Positions 16,817 through 26,686 of a DNA stretch of 64,000 nucleotides are shown here, piece after piece. The translations under genes and the position numbers were made by a program. The notes under the pieces are model-generated. The model searched no databases and was not told the origin of the DNA. It worked only from the letters and a program-made list of their open reading frames with translations. The DNA comes from Kiritimatiellota bacterium. GTDB taxonomy: Bacteria > Verrucomicrobiota > Lentisphaeria > Oligosphaerales > JAADHN01. Location of the stretch: positions 122,624-186,623 of the forward strand of contig JAADHN010000111.1 in assembly GCA_013151865.1 (NCBI GenBank), written 5' to 3'. Position 1 is the first letter of the stretch. The number at the start of each line of letters is the position of its first letter.

Positions 16817-17932
16817 CTACGAGAAGAATTTGCGGGCCTTGGCCATGAAGGTCCGCATGCGTGGGTATGAACTGTCCGCGGTCATTTCCTGAAACTCCCG
16901 GAGTTTTTCTTTCTGTTTCGCGGACAGGTGCACAGGCACCTCCACGATGACGCGGACATGCTGATCGCCCCTCCCGTAACCCCGCAATGACGGAATCCCC
17001 TTGCCACGCAACCTGAATACGGTTCCGCTCTGTGTTCCGGGCGGGACTCGGACCTCGGCCGTGCCGCTCACCGTGGGTACTTTGATCGTGCCCCCGAGCG
17101 CCGCGGTCGTGAAAGGGACCGGCACCTCGCAATACAAGTCGTTGTCTTCCCGCTGGAAGATTTCATGGTCGCGCACATGGAGGACCACATACAGGTCTCC
17201 GCGGCTCCCCCCGCGCCGTCCGGCCTCGCCTTCACCGGCGACCCGCAGACGAGCGCCTGTATCCACGCCGGCCGGGATGTGGATTTGAATCCGTTTGCGT
17301 TTCTGCACCCTCCCCTCGCCGCGGCAGTCACGACAGGGGGATTCGATTTTCTCTCCGGTCCCTGCACACACCGGACAACGCTGGCGGATGCTGAAGAACC
17401 CCTGGGCCATGGTGATCTGCCCGGTCCCGCCACATTGCGGACAACGCCGGCGCGAAGTACCTGGCTCGCACCCCGTTCCTTTGCAGCGTGTACAGGTTTC
17501 GGCTCGGGGAATGGAAATCTCTTTGTCCGCCCCGAACACCGCCTCTTCAAAATCGATCTGCAAATCGTACCGCAAATCCGCGCCGTCCCGGGCCGCTTCC
17601 CGAGAGCGCCCTCCCCCCATGAAACTCTCGAAAAAACTCCCCCCGAACACCTGCTGAAAAATGTCGAACGGGTCGAAACCGGCCCCCCTCCCCGCCCCAT
17701 GTTGGCCGCTGACAAATGCCTCGTGCCCGAACTGATCGTATTGGCTGCGCTTGGCCGGGTCGCTCAATACTTGGTAGGCCTCGGACGCTTCCTTGAAACG
17801 TTCCTCGGCCTCTTTGTCGCCCGGGTTCTTGTCCGGATGGTACTTGATCGCCAAGCGGCGATAAGCTTTCTTCAATTCTTCGGCCGTAGCCGAACGGTCG
17901 ACTCCGAGTACCTCGTAGTAATCCTTTGGCAT
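16817..17932 (-). CDS. dnaJ: Chaperone DnaJ
   Basis: J-domain (DYYEVLGV...YHPDKN), G/F region, four CxxCxGxG zinc-finger repeats, C-terminal substrate-binding domains. Confidence 0.95.
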   Translation of the reverse strand: MPKDYYEVLGVDRSATAEELKKAYRRLAIKYHPDKNPGDKEAEERFKEASEAYQVLSDPAKRSQYDQFGHEAFVSGQHGAGRGAGFDPFDIFQQVFGGSFFESFMGGGRSREAARDGADLRYDLQIDFEEAVFGADKEISIPRAETCTRCKGTGCEPGTSRRRCPQCGGTGQITMAQGFFSIRQRCPVCAGTGEKIESPCRDCRGEGRVQKRKRIQIHIPAGVDTGARLRVAGEGEAGRRGGSRGDLYVVLHVRDHEIFQREDNDLYCEVPVPFTTAALGGTIKVPTVSGTAEVRVPPGTQSGTVFRLRGKGIPSLRGYGRGDQHVRVIVEVPVHLSAKQKEKLREFQEMTADSSYPRMRTFMAKARKFFS

Positions 17933-18206
17933 GGAATGGCTTGTCCGTCTTCAAGCGAGGGCGTGCTCGTACGAGCCCGTCCCCCGAAATGTTGTTCGTG
18001 AAAGCGTGATTCCCGTCTGAAATCAAGAACGGCGGGACACCTCCTGACAAGACTCGAATCAACCGGCGCGGGTTCCGACAGCCGAGAGCGCCAAGCGTCA
18101 AAAAAGCTGCCGGCGCCAATCGTCCGCGCCCGGCTTCAATCTCGTCGCGACAGCGCAGCAACACCGGCGACCCGGGTCTGCCCGCGCCTGTCCGGAGGAT
18201 GACTTG

Positions 18207-18992
18207 TCACCCTTCTTCCCGGCGGTCGGGCGGACCGCTGCTGACAACCACCGACGCCGGCCTCAACAGCCTGTCGCCCAAGCGGAAACCGCATTTCCAC
18301 TGCTTCAGAACGCGGCCCGATGGGACCTCGGTCGAAGGCTCCTGGGCCACGGCCTCATGGAACCGTGGGTCGAATTCCATGCCTTCTGCCTCGATACGTT
18401 CCACGCCGAGTGTCTCGAAGGCCTTGCAGAATTCGGCCAGGATCATGTCCATGCCCTGTTTCAGCACATTGATATCCGAGGTCTTGTCTGCGTGGGCCAT
18501 GGCCATCTCGAAGTGATCGAAGACCCGCAGGAATTCCTCGATCACGGCCGTGGTCGAGGCTTGACGGACAGCCTGAAACTCCCGGGCAACCCGCTTCCTG
18601 TAGTTGTCCAGCTCCGCACGCGACCGCAAGTACCGGTCTTTAAACTCCTCCAACTGCGCACCGAGTTCTTTGAGTTTAACCCCCAATTCCTGGACCTGGG
18701 GACCAAGAACCTTGACCTGCTGGGAGAGGTCCCGCTGAGCCTTCATCGCTTTGCCGCCGCCCTTGGAACGGGACTTCCTGGTGGAACGCCCGCCGGCCGA
18801 ATCGACCTTGACGGCCGCATCCTGCTCGCCGGCGTCGACCTCCTGGGCATTTTGCGGTTCACGGCTCACCGCCTCGCGCGAAGCGCGGCCTTTTTCTTCG
18901 CTTTGGTTAGCCATCATGGTATTCTGTTCTCGTGTATCCTGCAACGTATCGTGTTCCGATTCACGGTCCGGTTGAACGTGTCTCTCTTCCAT
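18207..18992 (-). CDS. grpE: Nucleotide exchange factor GrpE
   Basis: The LRSRAELDNYRKRVAREF core and FDPRFHEAV...V..V.QxGY-like C-terminus are typical of GrpE. An acidic/low-complexity N-terminus makes the exact start uncertain. Confidence 0.9.
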   Translation of the reverse strand: MEERHVQPDRESEHDTLQDTREQNTMMANQSEEKGRASREAVSREPQNAQEVDAGEQDAAVKVDSAGGRSTRKSRSKGGGKAMKAQRDLSQQVKVLGPQVQELGVKLKELGAQLEEFKDRYLRSRAELDNYRKRVAREFQAVRQASTTAVIEEFLRVFDHFEMAMAHADKTSDINVLKQGMDMILAEFCKAFETLGVERIEAEGMEFDPRFHEAVAQEPSTEVPSGRVLKQWKCGFRLGDRLLRPASVVVSSGPPDRREEG

Positions 18993-19675
18993 GGTACGTC
19001 TATCTCTAACTTTTCCTGTTCCAGTGAGATTGCCGGGAACTCGAGGCCCGAGACTCGGCGGACGTCAAACGCACGCGACGACAACGGGAAGCACTTGCCT
19101 GCACGACAGCGCCCCGCCCATCCCAGTCGAAACCGGGCGGAGCGGACGTCCTGCTAACGCCCGATCCTTCCCGACGGACGCCGCCGCGCCAATCATGCCC
19201 GGCCCCGGCGTCTGCCCTGTTCAAGGCCGGCCAGACGGGGAATCGCGCGCGCCTCCCGCAAAGGGGTGCGGCGCAGCCGGCCTTTCTCGCGACGTTTCCG
19301 CGGATATTAGACACGCGAGAGTCGCGAAAGGAGAACCGAAATATGGTGTTTCTTACGTTTTTTTCCACCCCGCGCCGGTGCCTCCCGATCAGTCGGGCGA
19401 TAGACGATGACGTTGTTGCGCGCTGTCATGTCGGGCGGGGGCGAGGGCGACGGCCCCCGCCCCAGTGAAGCCCGCCGAGCAAACACGCTTCGGCGCCCCG
19501 ACAGGAAGCGGGCGTCCCTCTCGACAATGTTATGGCACACACTACAGTAACCGCCGACAGCCGGGGCCCCCTCCGGAGCCCCGTTCGGCGACCGACTCTC
19601 ACCGCCCCCCCTCTTGGAAAAGGGCGGGGACGCCGCCCCACGGATATAAAACCAATGCCAAAAAAGGAGTCTGTC

Positions 19676-20473
19676 ATGCGCCGAAGTCGAGTCCTTGAAA
19701 AGCTGCGTTCCGGGGAAGTTGCCCTGACCGTTAATGTCAGCTTGGCCCCTTCGCCCCTGGCCGTGCAACTGGTGGGGCGTTGTGGATTCGACGGCATTTG
19801 GATCGATACCGAGCACCGCCCCATGAACCAATGGCAGGTATCCGCCATGATCACAGCGGGCCGCTTGGTCGACGTCGACTGTTACGTGCGGATCCGCAAG
19901 GGGGAAGGCTATACAAGCTTCTTCCGCCCGCTCGAAGACGGGGCAGCCGGGATCATGGTCCCTCATGTCAAGACGCGCCAGGAAGCTGAATGGGTTGTCT
20001 GCAACTCAAAGTTCCCACCTGTCGGCCGTCGCGGCCTCGAAACCATGATGCCGGACGCCGACCTGGGGTTCAACGACCCGATCGAGTACACCCAGTTTGC
20101 CAATCGAGAGACCTTCGTCGCGATCCAAATCGAAGACGTGGAGGCCCTCGATCACATCGAGGAAATCGGGACGGTTCCGGGCATCGACGTTTTGTTCATC
20201 GGTCCGGCGGACCTGAGTTTCTCGATGGGTATCCCGCTCCAGCTCGACCACCCGCGTTTCAGGAAGGCCGTGGAGAGCATCGCCGCCGCGGCGGCGGAGA
20301 ACGGCAAGTGGTGGGGAATACCGGTCGGGACCGTCGAGACCGCCCGCGAGTATGCCGCCCAAGGGGCACGCTTCCTGAACGTGGGCGGCGATTACGGTCT
20401 GCTGCGAGATGGCTTCCAGCGGATAAAGACCGAGTTCTCGGAAGCGCTGGAAGAGTTTTCGTTGGGAAACTGA
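19676..20473 (+). CDS. HpcH/HpaI-family aldolase (2-keto-3-deoxy-acid aldolase-like)
   Basis: AAGGAG lies 6 nt upstream of ATG 19676. GFDGIWIDTEH, IMVPHV, QIEDVEAL and DVLFIGPADLS are family-typical motifs. Confidence 0.8.
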   Translation: MRRSRVLEKLRSGEVALTVNVSLAPSPLAVQLVGRCGFDGIWIDTEHRPMNQWQVSAMITAGRLVDVDCYVRIRKGEGYTSFFRPLEDGAAGIMVPHVKTRQEAEWVVCNSKFPPVGRRGLETMMPDADLGFNDPIEYTQFANRETFVAIQIEDVEALDHIEEIGTVPGIDVLFIGPADLSFSMGIPLQLDHPRFRKAVESIAAAAAENGKWWGIPVGTVETAREYAAQGARFLNVGGDYGLLRDGFQRIKTEFSEALEEFSLGN

Positions 20474-20629
20474 CGGCCGGCGATCCCCGCACGGGGAGAA
20501 CACGGCTGAGGGAAACGCCGGGCCCGCCCGGTAACAGCGGCGCGCGGGGATGTCTTGCTCCGCCTGGACCGACATTTCCGGCAAAGCGTTGAGACCACGC
20601 GGGGCGGCCGGCCGAAAAGGGATGGTGCC

Positions 20630-22078
20630 GTGATCAGAACGGACGCACTCGAAGCGGGGACGGAAGTCGAGACCACATCAACGGCGCACGTCGTGGAAGG
20701 GACCGATGTCCTGGTGGTCGGAGCCGGACCCGCCGGAGTGGCTGCAGCACTTGCCGCGGCCCGATCCGGCGCCCGCACCATCCTTGCGGAGGCTTCCGGG
20801 ATCGTGGGCGGAATGATGACCGGCGGCAACGCCGGACTGACCAACTTCATCGTTCACCAAAAGGACCCGGCTGTCCAGGAAGAAATCCTCGCACAACTGG
20901 CTCGCACCCCGGAGAAAGTCCGGATCGTCGGGGGTATCCCGCTGGAGATCGCCCATCGGCTCATTGAAAGCGACGCAGCCGTCGGCACGGCGGGGACCGC
21001 CGGCAGTTACGTCTTCGCTTCGCCGGTACCGTTCCGCTACCTGCTGCTGGATCTTCTCGAAGAGGCCGCAGTCAAGCTGATGCTCCGTGCGCTTGCGGTG
21101 GACGTCGTGCTTCGAGACCGTCGGATCGACGGGGTCGTCTTCGAGACCAAAGCCGGGCGGGTCATCGTGCCGGCAGACGTTGTTATCGACGCCTCGGGCG
21201 ACGGGGACGTCGCTGCCCGGGCCGGGTGCCCCTTCGTGCTCGGAATCGGACCGGACGACGCCGCGGCGCGTGCGGACCCATCCAAGCTTGGGGCAATGAG
21301 CGCAATGGGAATCATGTACCGGGTGGGAAATGTGGATTTCGGCCGTTGCTTCCAGTTTCTGTTCGAGCACCCCGAGCGTTTTCGTATTCAAAGCCTGGCG
21401 TTATACACCCTGGAGGAAGCTTGGACACGTTTCCAGCAGGGGGAAATGTTTACCATGGTGGTGAAGTGTCGGCAGTTCGGCTTGCAGGTCTACAACTCCC
21501 CCGATCCCGGCGTGGCAACCCTGTGCTGCCCGTGCTGGAACGGCAACGGACTCGATAATGACGACCGAGTCCGGGGCGAACTGGCCATGCGCGACCTGGT
21601 GCGCCGACAGCTCCGGGACATCCGTGGAATACCGGGGTTCGACCGGGCGTTTCTTCTGGATTGCCCGGACGTCCGCGTGCGGGAGACGCGGCGGGTCCGG
21701 GGGGAGTACGTTCTGACCGTCGAAGATGTGCTGACCGGACGCGACTTTCCCGACGCCATCGGTCGGGGGGCCCACACGGTGGACGCGAGCGACGTCCCGG
21801 AAGAAATCCGCAAGCGACCGATCCCGCGAGATTGGTGCTTTCACATCCCTTTCCGATGCCTCTTGCCCAAAGGCCCTCGAGGCCTACTCATGGCCGGACG
21901 ATGCGCATCCATGACGCATGAGGCGTTCGGCTGTACCCGGACCACGGTCCAGTGCATGGTCATGGGCGAAGCCGCCGGGACCGCAGCGGCGCTGGCGGCA
22001 ACCCGGAGAACAGACCCGCACTTGCTCGACATCAACGCCCTGCGCCGTGCTCTCGAAACCCACGGCGTATTGTTGTAG
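20630..22078 (+). CDS. FAD-dependent oxidoreductase (GIDA/FAD_oxidored-like)
   Basis: Dinucleotide-binding motif DVLVVGAGPAGVAAALAAARSG near the N-terminus. Start GTG 20630 was chosen for the AAAGGGA SD and is uncertain. Confidence 0.75.
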   Translation: MIRTDALEAGTEVETTSTAHVVEGTDVLVVGAGPAGVAAALAAARSGARTILAEASGIVGGMMTGGNAGLTNFIVHQKDPAVQEEILAQLARTPEKVRIVGGIPLEIAHRLIESDAAVGTAGTAGSYVFASPVPFRYLLLDLLEEAAVKLMLRALAVDVVLRDRRIDGVVFETKAGRVIVPADVVIDASGDGDVAARAGCPFVLGIGPDDAAARADPSKLGAMSAMGIMYRVGNVDFGRCFQFLFEHPERFRIQSLALYTLEEAWTRFQQGEMFTMVVKCRQFGLQVYNSPDPGVATLCCPCWNGNGLDNDDRVRGELAMRDLVRRQLRDIRGIPGFDRAFLLDCPDVRVRETRRVRGEYVLTVEDVLTGRDFPDAIGRGAHTVDASDVPEEIRKRPIPRDWCFHIPFRCLLPKGPRGLLMAGRCASMTHEAFGCTRTTVQCMVMGEAAGTAAALAATRRTDPHLLDINALRRALETHGVLL

Positions 22079-22238
22079 CCGACGTTCCAGACCCCATCCA
22101 GCGTCTTCTCAAGTGGTGCTGAACGGGCCGCAAACACAGCGCGAGTTTCCAGCCCGGATCGTGCATGAGCCATCCGCTGCGGTGACGTCTGTGAATCAAT
22201 CGGGAGAAAAACGGTGTGGCGCGCCTGCAGGGCCCGAC

Positions 22239-23180
22239 TCAATTCTTCGTCGCCGGGACAGGGCGTTTGGTTCGAACGAGGTGCGGGGTCAGGGTGATGG
22301 TCAACCGGTTGCCGTCAAACACGCGGCCGATGCCGAAGAGTCGCGTGTAGACGTCGCGTTTGCGTTGGTCCAACCCGCCGAGGCGTACGGTCTGACCGTC
22401 CCGAACCACGACCGTGGTGGTCAGTTCCTTCACGTCGACGCTCAGCGGTTCGGGGCCGCGAGCAGACAGCCGCGGATACACCTGGATCTCGATATTGCCG
22501 TCAGGCAAGACACGGGGGCGCACCTCGAGGGACGCGCCCAGACGACGCTTCGCCAGCTCCTGACGCCACCAGCCGTGCCGATAGCCGTATTCCCGCACCC
22601 ACACCGGGTCCGCGACTTCTTTCCCAACCCAGATGCGGGCGGCATGGCCGTTGAGGGTCAGGACGAATTGACGGGTGAGAGTGCGGCTGCGACGTTCCTC
22701 CGCCCCCGCCGACAACACCCCGGCCGCGCCGATCCGCGTCCGCCCGCCACGGCGCCGGACGGTGACTCCGCCGATTCTCACATCTGCGTCCGCACTCGAG
22801 TTCCGACGCGATTGGTCGAACGCCACGTCGATCCGGATATTCACAGGGGCCGTGTCCACTTTCTTTAAGATTCGACGAACAGCCTCGATGTTCTCCGGGT
22901 AATCGTGAATGATCAGCAGGTTTCGGGATTGCGCAAACCCGAGTCGTCCTTTCTCGGAGAGAAACGGGGCGACGATCTCCCGGGCTTCCGAGTAAGACAA
23001 AGATCGCAGGGTCACGAAGCCGGTGTCCGGCGGTTTGCGGATCACGCTGTTCTCCGCCTTTCCCGCCGGTGCGACCAACATCACTACGACCATGCACGCC
23101 GCCAGCCGGAGCCCGCCGGCCGTCCCGGACATCCGGAGTTTGAGCGCTTTTTCCGCTTCCGGTGTTCCGCAATGTTTCAT
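22239..23180 (-). CDS. Short secretin-family outer-membrane protein (NolW-like N-domain + secretin C-domain, 313 aa)
   Basis: Signal/TM segment LAACMVVVMLVAPAG. NolW-like domain LRSLSYSEAREIVAPFL...NLLIIHDYPENIEAVRRILKKVD. Secretin-type C-terminus TTTVVVRDGQTVRLGGL...LTITLTPHLV. Confidence 0.65.
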   Translation of the reverse strand: MKHCGTPEAEKALKLRMSGTAGGLRLAACMVVVMLVAPAGKAENSVIRKPPDTGFVTLRSLSYSEAREIVAPFLSEKGRLGFAQSRNLLIIHDYPENIEAVRRILKKVDTAPVNIRIDVAFDQSRRNSSADADVRIGGVTVRRRGGRTRIGAAGVLSAGAEERRSRTLTRQFVLTLNGHAARIWVGKEVADPVWVREYGYRHGWWRQELAKRRLGASLEVRPRVLPDGNIEIQVYPRLSARGPEPLSVDVKELTTTVVVRDGQTVRLGGLDQRKRDVYTRLFGIGRVFDGNRLTITLTPHLVRTKRPVPATKN

Positions 23181-23472
23181 GATATTGATCGCCTCGGAAA
23201 ACGCGGGAGTGCAAGCGGACGCCCCGTCTCGTCAGAGTCAACGGGACGAACCGAAGTCGATCCAGCGCCGGCATCCACGGCAACATCGCCTTTGCTGAGG
23301 AAACTCTACCGCGGCGGCCGCCGAAATGAAACCGGTCTCGGCCCGAATCGCGTCCTTCGGACACGGGATCGGATGCTCACGACGGCGACTGGGATGCGAG
23401 GGCCGGGGGACCGGTAGTCGGGGCACGGGGCATCGGCCCTCACCGCGTACGAGAATCTGAGGCGGCCACGTG

Positions 23473-25965
23473 TCAGCGGCCCGCTTTCCAGGCCGCGGCG
23501 GCCGTGGCGTCGAGGGCGTCCCAGCGGCGATGCCAACTGGTGTAGATGATGCCGAGGAAGGGCAGGTCCCGGTCGAGGGCCTTGCGGGCGACGCGGCCCC
23601 AGTTCTCGGCGCACGTACGGTTGTACCAGGGTGATCCGGTAGTCGTTATCCCCTGTTTTGCAAAAAATTCAAGACTTGACCAGCCTTTGCTCAACGGGTC
23701 GGACGGACCATAGAACCAGACGCATTGGATGATGTCTTTCGGGATATTCCCGAAGTCCGCGTCGTCGCGGAGCACTCGGCGTCCGTTGTGAAAAGGGTTC
23801 AGGGGATCGGCCCACATCATGAGCCGAACCCTGGGATCGACCTCGTGCGCGGCGGCGTTCCAGCGGGTGAGATCTTCGGCGATCAAGGCGGTTTCGGAGA
23901 GATCGCGCCGACGGCAACGGCTGTCGCCATTCATGCGCGTGGGTTCATCGTGGCCGATGTGAACATATCGGGGATGGACGAGCCGGATAGCCGCCTGCAA
24001 GGCGGGCAGGCAGATCCGATATACGGCCGGCTCGGACGGACAATAGCTGCCGCCTCCGCCCACAACATCGTACGAAGCCACCACCGCGGCGCCGCCCGGG
24101 ATGCGGCTACCGGGCAGGCGGCGCACGGCGAACGGGACGGCTTTGTCGGCATGGCGGTACTCGATGGTTCCGTCGACAACGGCATAGTCTTTGCCGAGGG
24201 CATACACCGTTTTGCCGTCGACTGAAGTCAAAACCACGTCGGTTGCCGAGGTTCGAATCACGTTGTGTTGCGCCAGGGGCACCGGATCCATGCCGTGCAA
24301 CTGGAGGTGTTCGCCCCGGACCCATTTTCCTTCCGCAACGCGCGGGTCGCGGACAATTTGCTGGCCGGCGTGTCCGAAACTCTGGAGTTCCGGTATGGGC
24401 TCGATCCCCCAGTCGCGGATGTCCCGGCACACGGCCCTCACCCGCTTCCGCACGTCGGCATTGCCGAGAGTGAACCAGGCGCTGTCTTCGATGACGAGGG
24501 CGTTCATTTTCAGGCGCACGAGTCGACGACACAATGCCGCACGGCGCTCGGGATCGAACGGTAGACCCGCCACATACGAGGCGCGGAGAGGCAGGTCGGG
24601 CCAGTCGTCGATCCGGCAAGCCGTAGCGTGCCAAGCTCGTGCGTCGGATGCCCCCAGCCCGAGCAAGGTCATTAGGGCCCAACGCACGCCGTCCGGACCG
24701 AAGGCTTCGATGCGCACGCCGTCGGCAGTCACTTGCAGCCGATAGCGCTCGGTCGCCGGCCAGGCCGGGTTGGGCGCCGGCTTCTGCAAGACGATTTCCA
24801 CCGGTGGTCCCTGGGGCGCAGCATCGGGGGCCGCGTGCAACGTCTCGCACAGGAGTTCCCAGGCTCGGCGCACGGAACGCGTATCCGGCAGGCCTGTCGC
24901 CTGAGGTGGGGCACCGGACTGCCAAACGAGGTCCGGCGCCCCGACCTGCTGCTCGAAGCGCCGGACCGGAAAGGGCGGAGTCCAGTTCCGGAGGCGGACG
25001 TTGTCGATCCGGACCAGGCCAATGGGGCCATGCCCCACCACGGCGACCTCGACGTCGCCGTGCTCGGGCATGCGGAAGTCCACCCGACAACGTTCCCATC
25101 CGGCGCCCCGACGTTCGGGGGTCCCGGCCGGAACGGCGGCCAGCAACTGTCCGGTATGCGCGTCCGCAACCTGGAGGCGCAGGACGCCGGCAGCCAAATC
25201 GACAAACATGACGGATGCTTCGAACACGGCGCGGCCGCGCAGTTTGGAAGTCAGTTTCTGAGAAACTTCTATTCGTCCGCCCTTGTCGGCGCGGAGCGCG
25301 AGGGCGTGTCGCCCGAATGGACCGGTCCCATCGTCCTGGACACGAAACCGGCGCGTGCTCCAGAACGGCCCGTGTTTTCCGTCCGTTTCCATGCCGTAGA
25401 CTTCCGCGTAGGCATTCATCGAACGGTCGCCCCGGGCCCAAACCGAAAACGTGAGATCTTGCCCCGGTTTGCATGGGATGTCCTGCCAGACCCGACTCAT
25501 GCCCTTGCGGTCTTTCTGCGAAATCCGCAGGCAGGTTTTGCCGCTGAAGGCCGCGCCGGACATATCGCGGAAGATGGTCCGGCCGGCGTTGTCTTGCCCC
25601 CAACCCGGAAAGCGGTTGCCGTCGGCCTGCTCGAACCCGGGGTTTTTCAAAGGGATGCCGGAGAGTCGTACCGCATCGAAGCGGACCGTCCCTGTATCGA
25701 ACTGAAGGCGGAGGTAGACGCGCAAACGAGTGTACTTGCCCGTATTGAAGGCCCGGGTCAGGCGCTGCCAAAACGGTCGTGATTCCACAGCGGCGGCGGC
25801 GCGTCGGCCACGCACCTTCCAGCAGGCCGGCCCTCCGTGCGGATCGATTTCTTCGAATCCCGGGTTGCGGAGTTCGCTCGCCGCCGGCGTCCGGAATGTG
25901 AGCAGAACACACGAGCAGACGAGGAAGCGAGCCATCGTACGACGCCGGTCGTGAAGCGTCTGCAT
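23473..25965 (-). CDS. Secreted glycoside hydrolase, GH20-like catalytic region with N-terminal CBM4/9-like modules
   Basis: Repeated NPGFE(E/Q) carbohydrate-binding-module openings. PELQSFGHAG and YVHIGHDEP resemble the GH20 PGH / H-x-G-x-DE motifs. AGGAG SD lies upstream of ATG 25965. The family assignment is tentative. Confidence 0.55.
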   Translation of the reverse strand: MQTLHDRRRTMARFLVCSCVLLTFRTPAASELRNPGFEEIDPHGGPACWKVRGRRAAAAVESRPFWQRLTRAFNTGKYTRLRVYLRLQFDTGTVRFDAVRLSGIPLKNPGFEQADGNRFPGWGQDNAGRTIFRDMSGAAFSGKTCLRISQKDRKGMSRVWQDIPCKPGQDLTFSVWARGDRSMNAYAEVYGMETDGKHGPFWSTRRFRVQDDGTGPFGRHALALRADKGGRIEVSQKLTSKLRGRAVFEASVMFVDLAAGVLRLQVADAHTGQLLAAVPAGTPERRGAGWERCRVDFRMPEHGDVEVAVVGHGPIGLVRIDNVRLRNWTPPFPVRRFEQQVGAPDLVWQSGAPPQATGLPDTRSVRRAWELLCETLHAAPDAAPQGPPVEIVLQKPAPNPAWPATERYRLQVTADGVRIEAFGPDGVRWALMTLLGLGASDARAWHATACRIDDWPDLPLRASYVAGLPFDPERRAALCRRLVRLKMNALVIEDSAWFTLGNADVRKRVRAVCRDIRDWGIEPIPELQSFGHAGQQIVRDPRVAEGKWVRGEHLQLHGMDPVPLAQHNVIRTSATDVVLTSVDGKTVYALGKDYAVVDGTIEYRHADKAVPFAVRRLPGSRIPGGAAVVASYDVVGGGGSYCPSEPAVYRICLPALQAAIRLVHPRYVHIGHDEPTRMNGDSRCRRRDLSETALIAEDLTRWNAAAHEVDPRVRLMMWADPLNPFHNGRRVLRDDADFGNIPKDIIQCVWFYGPSDPLSKGWSSLEFFAKQGITTTGSPWYNRTCAENWGRVARKALDRDLPFLGIIYTSWHRRWDALDATAAAAWKAGR

Positions 25966-26686
25966 TGCCTTGACTCCTGAAATAGGCCGGAAACGGCGCC
26001 TGCCCCTAGGACGCGAGGGGACCGGATTCGACTTGAAGATTGCCGCCGAAACTCTGACTCAAGAATTCCTCGGGGAGATTGGCCGGGCGCCAAACCGCGC
26101 GGTCCGCAACGCAAGGCACGACACCGGCGGCGAGCAGGCGCGAACCCAGATCCGGCAGAATCGAATTAGTCCCAAGTACGGAACGGTCGCAACCAGCCGT
26201 TTCCAACAGTGACGGGACGATTGAGATCGGCTTTCGGGTCCGATTTGCAATGCGTATATTCGGTGGATGGGGTTCTGTCAAGCGATGCCACGCCGGGAGA
26301 GCCTGTCAACCCGAGTGGTTTGATCAATCAGGGGTGTTTGGGGGCGCTCTCACCTCGGCATTGTACCAGACTCAGCCCACCGGGCGCTGATCTGCAGGGG
26401 GGGCGAGCCGCCTGCCGTGCGCGCTCGTCCGGCCCCGGTCAAAGGGCTCGACTTTCACCTCCTCGCGTCCCAATCCGCGTGCATCGATGTCTATCGGGGT
26501 TGAGAAAGAAAAGAACCGGGGATGAACGCAGATTAACGCGGATGCGAACCCCAGAGTAAAAACGGCGTCTCGCCGTTTCTCGGTACGCGACGAGACGCCG
26601 CACGCCGCGTCTACCGTGTCGCGCATGTCGCACCCAATGCCGCTATATTGCGCGGGTCCTGAGTTCTTTTGATCCGGAGGTTCGCC

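Noticed and set aside
16817-18992. grpE-dnaJ pair without dnaK between or beside them; searched for a CIRCE/HrcA operator
   Set aside because: Separate dnaK loci are common. No CIRCE-like inverted repeat (TTAGCACTC-N9-GAGTGCTAA) was found upstream of grpE. Not unusual enough to report.
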